DNA of 64,000 nucleotides from Dyella sp. (GCF_036568765.1 NZ_DATCRY010000019.1:6404-70403), one strand, 5' to 3'. Positions 19,975 to 27,326 are shown, counted from the stretch's first letter. The notes: generated by a model not told the origin, from the letters alone. Program-made: numbers and translations.

Positions 19975-21450
19975 ATGAGAAAGACTATTAAGGTGCTCTC
20001 GGGTAATCCGGGAGTGGGCAAAACTCAGCAATTCATAGAAAGCCTTGAGCCTAATAAGCGGTATGTCTACGTGGCGCCCACCAGAGTCTTAGCTTTAGAG
20101 GTTATGAAGAGGTTGGAAGGGATTAACAAGTCTTATCTTGCCATCTTCACCAGTCAGATAAATGAAGTTAGGTCTGTCATTCATCAAGCCAACCAAGCCC
20201 TAGCGACTCAGAAAGCGTCCATTCTAATCATCACGCATAAGTGCCTCGCCTCTGTTAAGCCCGAACTTCTAAGAGGCTGGGAGCTATGTATAGATGAGGC
20301 TCCCAAAGTGGAACAGATCGAAAGTACATCCATCCTTGCCAAGGAATGGGAGCAAGTCATTGCCCCTTATGTGGGAGACTGTGATGCCAATGGTCATCTA
20401 ATCATTAATGATGCAAGGCTAGAAGATGCTTGGGAGATATATGCTCAAGGCATAGAGGATGCGAAACGTAAGAGGGTAAGCAATAGGACGCTAGTGCTTG
20501 TGCTTGGTGCCATGCTCACCCCGACTAAGAATGTCATCGCCACTTCCGGCAGGAATGATAAGGGTAAGGGCGTAGTGAGGATTAGCGTTGAAGGTTTTGT
20601 GGATTTCACTAAACCTTTTGACTATGCAAATTCTGTGACGCTCATGGGGGCAAACATAGAGAAGAGTCTGCTAATAACTCATGCCAGAAAGAAAGGATTC
20701 TCCCTTGAGGTTGATAAGAAGATAAATCCTAGAAAAGGGCTACCTTACATTCTGCCTTTGGTTAGGGATAATGAAGGAGCTTACGTCTCTAAAACTATGC
20801 TTTTAACCATGCCTGATGGCAGTGTGGCTAAAGATTGGAACCCTGATTGTTTCGGTCAGAAAGCTCTAAATCAAGCTTTGGCTTATATTGGAAACAAGAA
20901 GGCAATCTTTGCCAGTCATGAATGGTGTAAGCCTGTTCTCCCTGAGAATGTGGAACGTATCCCTTATGACAGTAGAGGCTTGAACGAGTGGCGAGACAGG
21001 GGGATCTCCATTCATATACTGCACGGTAATCCATCTCCTGATGAGCTAAGGCCCATTAAGAATATTCTTCAACAAATGGACATTCCCCTGGATGAAGGAA
21101 AAGAAGCTCTCCGGTGGGCTAGAGAAGAAGATTTAGTAATTCAGCATGCCCATAGAACATCCATTAGAGATGAAGCTAATACTGAAGATACTGTCCACAT
21201 TGTCACCAGCCTTACTCAGGCTAGGAGGCTGGTAGATGCTCTTGGTGGGGCTAGGGTGCTGTCTGAAGCGCTCATGGTTGATCCACCTGAGAGAAAGCCC
21301 ACAGAAGGTCAGGATAAAAGAAGCAAGGAGCGCATAGACCTTTCGGAGAAAGCTAGGGCGCTCAGGGCTCAGGGAATGGGGCAAATGCAGATAGCCGTCA
21401 GGCTTGGGATCAGCCAGCCCAAGGTTAGCAGGCTCCTTAAGGACGAATAG
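19975..21450 (+). CDS. P-loop SF2-like helicase/ATPase with C-terminal HTH
   Basis: Walker A GNPGVGKT, motif Ia-like VAPTRVLALEV, Walker B-like LCIDEAP, C-terminal QMQIAVRLGISQPKVSRLLK. Confidence 0.65.
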   Translation: MRKTIKVLSGNPGVGKTQQFIESLEPNKRYVYVAPTRVLALEVMKRLEGINKSYLAIFTSQINEVRSVIHQANQALATQKASILIITHKCLASVKPELLRGWELCIDEAPKVEQIESTSILAKEWEQVIAPYVGDCDANGHLIINDARLEDAWEIYAQGIEDAKRKRVSNRTLVLVLGAMLTPTKNVIATSGRNDKGKGVVRISVEGFVDFTKPFDYANSVTLMGANIEKSLLITHARKKGFSLEVDKKINPRKGLPYILPLVRDNEGAYVSKTMLLTMPDGSVAKDWNPDCFGQKALNQALAYIGNKKAIFASHEWCKPVLPENVERIPYDSRGLNEWRDRGISIHILHGNPSPDELRPIKNILQQMDIPLDEGKEALRWAREEDLVIQHAHRTSIRDEANTEDTVHIVTSLTQARRLVDALGGARVLSEALMVDPPERKPTEGQDKRSKERIDLSEKARALRAQGMGQMQIAVRLGISQPKVSRLLKDE

Positions 21451-21587
21451 TTTTATTCAAAACCTACTAAGTATTATCTAGTAGAAACTGAATAAACTTT
21501 AGGATGGCTCCCTATGGATAGTACAGCTATCCGTGGGTAGCTAACCCTTAGACATTAACTCTTAGAAGAACAAGTAAGACCACTCGA

Positions 21588-21726
21588 CCCAAGCGAAGCT
21601 TGGCTCTTGGGTGAGAAGAGCAAAAGCATGCTCAAAATCAAGAGCAAAGAACGATAGTTCCTTACATATAAGGATTATAGCTTTTAGCTCTTGATCTTGA
21701 CTTTTATAGCATGCTCTTGCTCTTGG
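21588..21726. repeat. Iteron-like / inverted-repeat region (candidate replication origin of the island)
   Basis: AAGAGCAA-type motif occurs 4 times. Arm GAGAAGAGCAAAAGCATGCTCAAAATCAAGAGC (21613-21645) faces the imperfect inverted arm GCTCTTGATCTTGACTTTTATAGCATGCTCTTGCTCTTGG (21687-21726) across an AT-rich spacer. Hairpin CCAAGC-GAA-GCTTGG sits at about 21589. Confidence 0.4.
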
Positions 21727-21795
21727 GGTTCTTAAGGGCAAAGCCCCTGAGCCTTGCGGAGTGGTTTTTGTACTATAAGAAAAGGACAGATAATT

Positions 21796-22143
21796 ATGAT
21801 TCCATCAGATGGTAAAGAACAGTATGTGAAAGCCTATTCCCATAGGAAGCTAGCTAAGGCTTGGGATATGAATCTCAGCAGCCTTCAGGAATATGCCCAA
21901 AAGAACGCTTGGGATGTAGAGCATAAGCTCTATTGGCAGGACGTTGCCCTAGAAGCCTTGAAGATGAAGGTTGAGGAACAGGAAGTGTCCGCCATCAAGG
22001 AGCTTCTTAAGGCCACGGGTATTAGTCGCCCTGTAGGCAGACCCCCGAAAGCGGAGGTCCAGAGGCACATTGCCATTGAAGCAAGGATTGCCAAGGAGTT
22101 TGAGGACGATATCAACAGGCTTAGGCTTGTGGCTAATGATTAA
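21796..22143 (+). CDS. Hypothetical protein (115 aa) with HTH-like N-terminus
   Basis: AAGGA RBS. SHRKLAKAWDMNLSSLQEYAQKNAW is HTH-like, and a GRPPK motif is present. No family recognised. Confidence 0.5.
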   Translation: MIPSDGKEQYVKAYSHRKLAKAWDMNLSSLQEYAQKNAWDVEHKLYWQDVALEALKMKVEEQEVSAIKELLKATGISRPVGRPPKAEVQRHIAIEARIAKEFEDDINRLRLVAND

Positions 22144-22199
22144 TTAATTTTGAGACACGTGGTGCAATAGGCCTGTAGCCTGAGCCTTCAGCAGGAACC

Positions 22200-22634
22200 T
22201 CAATGGTCCACGTGTACATATCTTGTGTAAACATTTACGCCCCTTGCCTTGTCCTGCCATACTCGTATCTCCCGAGTTATTTCTGACATGTCGTACCTGC
22301 CATAACTCGAAGGCATTCCAGAGAAGTAGAAGTTGCTATCACTCAAACACTCCACGGCACTTTCAAGCGGCTCCATATGAAAGAAGAAGCTTTTGTCAGG
22401 CTCAGCAAAGAGGTTTGGACCACTGCCATCCCTTAGCGCTTCAAGGATCAGATAGCCACCGTCAATGGAGCGGAGGGTGTTATTATGGAAGGAAACCATA
22501 ATTGGCTGATCGGGAGGGCAGGAGTTGCCTGCTAGTTGCACGGTAGCTTCAGCCCTCACCCCATAAAAGGCATACCCAGCCACCAAAGCAGAAGTCAGGA
22601 CGACCGCGCCGGCAAAGATGTGCCTACCTTTCAT
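22200..22634 (-). CDS. Hypothetical membrane-anchored or secreted protein (144 aa)
   Basis: N-terminal hydrophobic segment IFAGAVVLTSALVAGYAFYGV. Two Cys in the soluble part. No domain recognised. Confidence 0.55.
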   Translation of the reverse strand: MKGRHIFAGAVVLTSALVAGYAFYGVRAEATVQLAGNSCPPDQPIMVSFHNNTLRSIDGGYLILEALRDGSGPNLFAEPDKSFFFHMEPLESAVECLSDSNFYFSGMPSSYGRYDMSEITREIRVWQDKARGVNVYTRYVHVDH

Positions 22635-22772
22635 TACCTTCCCCTGTTTTGGCTGGGCTGGCCTTGCCCCTTGGATTCATTGCTTGCCTGTGTTCATTGC
22701 CGATAAGTGAGCCAGCACTTCGGCCGATGGCAGTGTCCGAAGCTATTAGGCCAGGGCGCAACTCCTCTCCCG

Positions 22773-22831
22773 GCACATGATGTTATGTGCATTGACAAAA
22801 AATGTCACTCATAGAGGGTGTCCTCATAGAG
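22773..22831. promoter_or_regulatory. Operator/promoter-like repeats in the divergent intergenic region
   Basis: GCACAT-N6-ATGTGC (22773-22790). TTGACA embedded in TGACA-N5-TGTCA (22793-22807). Direct repeat CTCATAGAG at 22808-22816 and 22823-22831. Confidence 0.3.
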
Positions 22832-22868
22832 CGTGGCCCGATAAGGGCCAAACATACATCGTTTCCCC

Positions 22869-23105
22869 ATGCCAAAGGAAACGAAGCCCACCGATCCACG
22901 CGTCCTCTTTGGACTGCGCCTCGCTGAAATCAGAAAGGCTAAGGGTTTCTCTCAAGAAGGCCTAGCCTTGGAAAGCGGCATAGCTCGGAGCTACCTCGGC
23001 GGGGTTGAGCGTGGGCAACGCAACATCGCGTTGTTGAACATCTACCGGCTTGCAGAGGCGCTGAAAGTTTCGCCTGCAACACTGCTAGAGCCGCCCGGCC
23101 ATTAG
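22869..23105 (+). CDS. XRE-family HTH transcriptional regulator (78 aa)
   Basis: LRLAEIRKAKGFSQEGLALESGIARSYLGGVERGQRNIALLNIYRLAEAL is a canonical Cro/C1-type HTH. Confidence 0.8.
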   Translation: MPKETKPTDPRVLFGLRLAEIRKAKGFSQEGLALESGIARSYLGGVERGQRNIALLNIYRLAEALKVSPATLLEPPGH

Positions 23106-23674
23106 TCGTGTTCGAGGTCGCGGGTTCCGGTCAGTAGGATGAGTATCTCGCTGTGCAGCAGTAACTAGCGGCATGACGCTGATACTTTGCTCGTCCACAT
23201 TCTCTGGACCAAGCATTGCCATCCGCTCCCCTGCTGGTGAGGTAAGCTCTAGTCGTAGGGACACATTGCGTGCCAGCTATGTCCAGTATTCGGCACTGGT
23301 AACCGGTAGCACCCATCGATGCCTGCTACGCGACTCTTCCGGCTTTACACTCCGGCTCGTGCATGACGCTAGGCCGTCACTGGCATGTCATCGCACCTAT
23401 TGGTGGAAACCATCACAACATCTGACGTCTCGCCACGTTCGGAAACAACACCCTAGCCTTGGCTAGGCACATTTCAGGCATGAAGCCTTGGCACGTTTGC
23501 CATTTAACCTGATGAGCGTACATCAGCTATTGCCATTTGCCAAGTGTTCTGTTAAGGGCTTCGACTCAGACTTTTCCCCAGAAATTTTGTAGCTGCAATT
23601 TGCATATATGAAACACCCCCGCCCCCCCCTTGCGGCCCTCCTGAAGCATCTGCTGGGCAGGCTTGGAAAGGAAT

Positions 23675-23730
23675 GGGCGGTTAGCTCAGCGGTAGAGGGA
23701 GCGAAGCGAACTACTGCCTCAACTAGGCAG
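23675..23730 (+). other. tRNA-Val 5'-half-like fragment in inverted orientation (not a functional tRNA)
   Basis: 23675-23697 (GGGCGGTTAGCTCAGCGGTAGAG) equals nt 1-23 of the tRNA-Val at 23918-23992, on the opposite strand. 16 nt later there is a CTGCC-TCAACTA-GGCAG hairpin whose stem is identical to the tRNA anticodon stem. No T-arm or 3' acceptor strand is present. Confidence 0.6.
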
Positions 23731-23767
23731 GCATCACACAAGGCGGGACAAGGGCTTAGGCCAAGAC

Positions 23768-23842
23768 GTGCACAGTAGGCGAGTGTGCACGCTCTCAGAG
23801 GTTCACATTGAACGGTGTGCACGAGAGGGCTAGAGTGTGCAC
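23768..23842. repeat. Four GTGCAC palindromes, three within (A/G)GTGTGCACG direct repeats
   Basis: GTGCAC at 23768, 23785, 23817 and 23837. The position next to att fits arm-type recombinase or Xis binding sites. Confidence 0.45.
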
Positions 23843-23861
23843 GTTCCTCAGCGTGGACAAT

Positions 23862-23885
23862 AAAAAAGGCCCCATCTCTGGAGCC
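23862..23885 (-). terminator. Rho-independent terminator of tRNA-Val, supplied by the island
   Basis: On the minus strand: GGCTCC-AGAGAT-GGGGCC followed by TTTTTTA, about 30 nt downstream of the tRNA CCA end. Confidence 0.5.
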
Positions 23886-23916
23886 TTCCAAGTCCCTTGG
23901 ATCAAGGAAATATCAC

Positions 23917-23964
23917 GTGGTGGGCGGTACAAGGATCGAACTTGTGACACCTGCCGTGTGAAGG
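23917..23964. repeat. att repeat (tRNA-proximal copy)
   Basis: Identical to 17569-17616. It covers the tRNA from the anticodon stem/loop to the CCA end. Confidence 0.85.
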
Positions 23965-23992
23965 CAGTGCTCTACCGCTGAGCTAACCGCCC
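23918..23992 (-). tRNA. tRNA-Val(CAC): tRNA-Val (anticodon CAC), CCA encoded
   Basis: The manual fold gives acceptor GGGCGGT/ACCGCCC, D arm GCTC-AGCGGTA-GAGC, anticodon arm CTGCC-TTCACAC-GGCAG, variable GTGTC, T arm ACAAG-TTCGATC-CTTGT, discriminator A, then CCA. Confidence 0.9.
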
Positions 23993-24006
23993 GCCGAGAA
24001 CGCGCC

Positions 24007-24034
24007 ATTATAGGGAGTTCCCGGGCGGCGTCAA
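24007..24034 (-). promoter_or_regulatory. Sigma70-type promoter of tRNA-Val
   Basis: On the minus strand: TTGACG, 16 nt spacer, TATAAT, then a GC-rich discriminator. The -10 ends about 14 nt before tRNA position 1. Confidence 0.55.
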
Positions 24035-24128
24035 TGGCCGTCAGCCAAACGGCGGGGCCGGAAGGCCGGGGAAGGGGGCTTGGAGCCTTGCTAGAATAGC
24101 CTGTTCCCATCGCTTGGCTTCCACGTCC

Positions 24129-24473
24129 ATGGACTTCCTCCAGCACGAACTCAACCACATCGTAGAGGCCATCCACCGCTTTCAGTTGACACCCTGGAAG
24201 GCGGTCGGTTACGCCGGCTCGGTCATGTTCACCAGTCGCTGGTTCGTGCAGTTGTACTACACGCGCAAACTCAAGCGAGTGGTGATGCCGCTGTCCTTCT
24301 GGTGGCTGTCGGTCTGCGGCAGCATCCTGCTGCTGGCTTATTTCATCATCGGCAAGAATGACTCGGTCGGTATTCTCTCCAACTTTTTCCCGACCTTCGT
24401 CTCCGTCTACAACCTCGTCGTCCACCTTCGCGAGGTCAAGCGGCGCAAGGCGCTGGTGGAGAGCGAGGTCTGA
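24129..24473 (+). CDS. Lipid-A-disaccharide synthase N-terminal (LAB_N) domain membrane protein
   Basis: KAVGYAGSVMFTSRWFVQLYYTRKLKRVVMPLSFWWLSVCGSILLLAYFI matches my recollection of LAB_N family proteins. Confidence 0.65.
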   Translation: MDFLQHELNHIVEAIHRFQLTPWKAVGYAGSVMFTSRWFVQLYYTRKLKRVVMPLSFWWLSVCGSILLLAYFIIGKNDSVGILSNFFPTFVSVYNLVVHLREVKRRKALVESEV

Positions 24474-24480
24474 AGGCCGC

Positions 24481-27165
24481 TTATTCCGGGTCGTAGTCGA
24501 GATTAGGCGCCAGCCAGCGCTCGGCTTCTTCCCGGGTCCAGCCCTTGCGACGGGCATAGTCGTCGACTTGTTCGCGCGTCAGCCGCCCCACAACGAAATA
24601 TTGGCTTTCCGGATGGGAGAAGTACCAGCCGGCAACTGCGGCAGTGGGGTACATGGCAAAGCCGTCGGTCAGCACGACGCCAGCGTTGGTTTCGGCTTCC
24701 AGTAACCGGAACAACGTGGCTTTCTCGGTGTGATCGGGGCAGGCGGGGTAGCCCGGAGCAGGTCGGATGCCGCGGTACTTTTCGTCGATCAGTGCCTCGT
24801 TGTCCAAGGCCTCATCAGTGGCATAGCCCCAGAATTCGCCTCGCACGCGCTCATGCATCCTCTCGGCGAAGGCCTCGGCCAGGCGATCGGCCAGGGCTTT
24901 GAGCAGGATGGCGGAGTAGTCGTCGTGCGCGGCCTCGAAGCGTGCCACGTGCTCTTCGATACCGATGCCGGCGGTAACGGTAAAGCCGCCGATCCAGTCG
25001 CGCTTGCCGGCCTCTTTGGGAGCAACGAAGTCGCTCAGGCAGAAATCGGGGCGCTCGACCGGCTTGTCCGCTTGCTGGCGCAGATGATGCAGGCGTACGG
25101 GGTGCCCAGCGTATTCGATCACGACATCATCATCGACGCCATGCGCTGGCCAGAAACCGATCACGCCGCGCGCGGTAAGCCAGTGTTCGGCGACGATCTT
25201 GTCGAGCATGGCCTGGGCATCGGCAAATAGCTCGCTGGCTTGCTTGCCGACGACCTCGTCCGTGAGGATCGCCGGATAACGGCCGGCGAGCTCCCAGGCC
25301 GAGAAAAAGGGCGTCCAGTCGATGTACCGGCGCAGCTCGGCCAAGTCGTAGTTATCGAAGACGGTCAGGCCGGGTGCGTTCGGTTGCGGCGGTTCATAGG
25401 ATGCCCAGTCGCAGCGCCAGCGCTGCGCGCGCGCTTTGTCCAGCGGTACCAGCTGCTTGCCCGGGCCGCGCTGTTTGTGCCGGTCGCGGATCTCGGCGTA
25501 TTCGCTGCGGATCTTGGCCATGAAGTTATCGACCAGTTCCTTACTGACCAGCGACTGCGCCACGCCCACGGCGCGCGAAGCGTCTTTCACCCAGACCGTG
25601 GGCGCCTTGTAATGCGGCTCGATCTTCAGCGCGGTATGCGCGCGTGAGGTCGTGGCGCCGCCGATCAACAGCGGAATCCGGAAGTCCTGCCGCTGCATTT
25701 CGCGTGCGACCTGGCTCATTTCCTCCAGGGAAGGAGTAATCAGGCCAGACAGGCCGATCAAGTCGGCGTTCTCGGCACGGGCGGTATCGAGGATTTTCTG
25801 CGCAGGCACCATGACGCCCAGGTCGATGACCTCGAAGTTGTTACATTGCAGCACCACTCCGACGATGTTCTTGCCGATGTCGTGCACATCGCCTTTGACC
25901 GTGGCCATGACGATCTTGCCGTTGTTCTTGCCGGCATCGCCGCTGCGCAGCTTTTCTTCCTCGATGAAGGGAATCAGGTGCGCCACCGCGCGCTTCATGA
26001 CGCGTGCGGATTTGACCACCTGCGGCAGAAACATCTTGCCGGCACCGAACAGGTCGCCGACCACGTTCATGCCGGCCATCAGCGGGCCTTCGATGACATC
26101 CAGCGGGCGCGTGGAAAGCTGTCGCGCTTCTTCGGTATCTTCGACCACGTATTGATCGATACCGTGCACCAGGGCATGGCTCAGTCGCTCGTGCACGTGT
26201 TTCTCGCGCCAAGCGAGATTTTCGACGACGACTTCGCCTTTTCTGGCCTTATAGTTTTCGGCGATCTCGAGCAGGCGTTCGGTGGCATCGGCCCGGCGGT
26301 TGAGCACCACATCTTCGACGCGCTCGCGCAGTTCCTCGGGCACGTCGTCGTAGATCATCAGTGCGCCGGCGTTGACGATGCCCATGTCCATCCCGGCGCG
26401 AATCGCGTGGTAGAGGAACACGGAGTGGATCGCTTCGCGCACGGTGTTGTTGCCGCGGAACGAAAAGGAAACATTGGAAACGCCGCCGGATATATGGCTG
26501 TGCGGGAACCGGCGCTTGAGTTCGCGCGTGGCTTCGATGAAGTCCACGGCGTAGTTGTTGTGTTCCTCGATACCGGTGGCAATGGCGAAGATGTTCGGGT
26601 CGAAGATGATGTCTTCGGGCGGAAAATCCAGTTCGCGCGTCAACAGCTCGTAGGCACGCGAGCAGATTTCCACCTTGCGCATACAGGTGTCGGCCTGGCC
26701 TTGCTCGTCGAAGGCCATGACCACCACGGCGGCGCCGTACTGCTGCACCTTGCGCGCGTGCTCGAGAAAGATCGCTTCGCCTTCCTTCATCGAGATGGAG
26801 TTGACGATACCTTTGCCTTGCAGGCAGCGCAGGCCGGCTTCGATGACCGTCCACTTGGACGAGTCGACCATCACCGGTACGCGAGCGATATCTGGCTCGG
26901 CCGCGATCAGGTTGAGGAAGCGTGTCATCGCCGCTTCCGAATCGATCAGGCCTTCGTCCATGTTGACGTCGATGATCTGCGCGCCGTTGGCAACCTGTTG
27001 GCGCGCTACGTCGACTGCCTCCTCGTAGCGCTCTTCCTTGATGAGCTTCTTGAACTGGGCCGAGCCGGTGACATTGGTGCGCTCGCCGACATTGACGAAG
27101 AGCAGGTCTGGGGTAATGACCAGCGGTTCGAGGCCGGAGAGACGAGTGTGGCGTAGATCGGTCAT
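24481..27165 (-). CDS. metH: Cobalamin-dependent methionine synthase, pterin-binding + B12-binding + AdoMet-activation part (split MetH, large subunit)
   Basis: [14 protein letters not shown] pterin-domain start, [12 protein letters not shown]12-binding DxHxxG motif, and a C-terminal reactivation domain. Confidence 0.9.
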   Translation of the reverse strand: MTDLRHTRLSGLEPLVITPDLLFVNVGERTNVTGSAQFKKLIKEERYEEAVDVARQQVANGAQIIDVNMDEGLIDSEAAMTRFLNLIAAEPDIARVPVMVDSSKWTVIEAGLRCLQGKGIVNSISMKEGEAIFLEHARKVQQYGAAVVVMAFDEQGQADTCMRKVEICSRAYELLTRELDFPPEDIIFDPNIFAIATGIEEHNNYAVDFIEATRELKRRFPHSHISGGVSNVSFSFRGNNTVREAIHSVFLYHAIRAGMDMGIVNAGALMIYDDVPEELRERVEDVVLNRRADATERLLEIAENYKARKGEVVVENLAWREKHVHERLSHALVHGIDQYVVEDTEEARQLSTRPLDVIEGPLMAGMNVVGDLFGAGKMFLPQVVKSARVMKRAVAHLIPFIEEEKLRSGDAGKNNGKIVMATVKGDVHDIGKNIVGVVLQCNNFEVIDLGVMVPAQKILDTARAENADLIGLSGLITPSLEEMSQVAREMQRQDFRIPLLIGGATTSRAHTALKIEPHYKAPTVWVKDASRAVGVAQSLVSKELVDNFMAKIRSEYAEIRDRHKQRGPGKQLVPLDKARAQRWRCDWASYEPPQPNAPGLTVFDNYDLAELRRYIDWTPFFSAWELAGRYPAILTDEVVGKQASELFADAQAMLDKIVAEHWLTARGVIGFWPAHGVDDDVVIEYAGHPVRLHHLRQQADKPVERPDFCLSDFVAPKEAGKRDWIGGFTVTAGIGIEEHVARFEAAHDDYSAILLKALADRLAEAFAERMHERVRGEFWGYATDEALDNEALIDEKYRGIRPAPGYPACPDHTEKATLFRLLEAETNAGVVLTDGFAMYPTAAVAGWYFSHPESQYFVVGRLTREQVDDYARRKGWTREEAERWLAPNLDYDPE

Positions 27166-27196
27166 GAGCGGGGAAATGGAGTCCGTGCGAAGAGCG

Positions 27197-27326
27197 CCCC
27201 CTCACCCCAGCCCTCTCCCCCGGCATAGCCAGGAGAGAGGGGGCGGGCTGAGGCAGATGCGGACGAGGCGCAGATAGTTGCTCCCTCTCCCTCGGCTATG
27301 CCGGGGGAGAGGGCTGGGGTGAGGGG
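27197..27326. repeat. About 130-bp palindromic REP-type element between the two metH ORFs
   Basis: 33-34-bp arms, CCCCCTCACCCCAGCCCTCTCCCCCGGCATAGCC (27197-27230) and GGCTATGCCGGGGGAGAGGGCTGGGGTGAGGGG (27294-27326), plus an inner imperfect inverted repeat. Confidence 0.7.

Larger units (their letters stand above)
17569..23964. mobile_element. About 6.4 kb integrative element (satellite/IME-like genomic island) in tRNA-Val(CAC)
   Basis: Perfect 48-bp direct repeats at both ends, one inside an intact tRNA. A tyrosine integrase lies next to one repeat. GC and codon usage are clearly lower than the flanks over 17.7-22.1 kb. Confidence 0.8.

Noticed and set aside
22156-22164. CACGTGGTG 9-mer identical to the island/tRNA junction at 23914-23922, a possible third degenerate att site marking tandem elements.
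   Set aside because: Only 9 nt match and only 5 of them are tRNA-derived. No integrase or further tRNA similarity follows. It is compatible with chance and was noticed post hoc.
23509-23526. CUGAUGAG motif suggesting a hammerhead ribozyme core.
   Set aside because: I tried type I, II and III topologies. The nearest GAAAC (about 23440) cannot form stem II with the bases following CUGAUGA (G-G and C-C clashes). The motif is simply one arm of a CTGATG/CATCAG hairpin.
23768-23842. Short direct repeats considered as a mini CRISPR array.
   Set aside because: The repeats are only 9-10 nt, the spacing is irregular (17-32 nt), and there are no cas genes. Recombinase arm sites explain them better.
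23173-23891. Track ORFs in the island's non-coding arm (97 aa plus strand; 61 and 122 aa minus strand) as possible xis or toxin genes.
   Set aside because: None has an RBS. Their composition is Cys/Arg/Ser-rich. The 122-aa ORF starts inside the tRNA terminator. No HTH or other motif is present.
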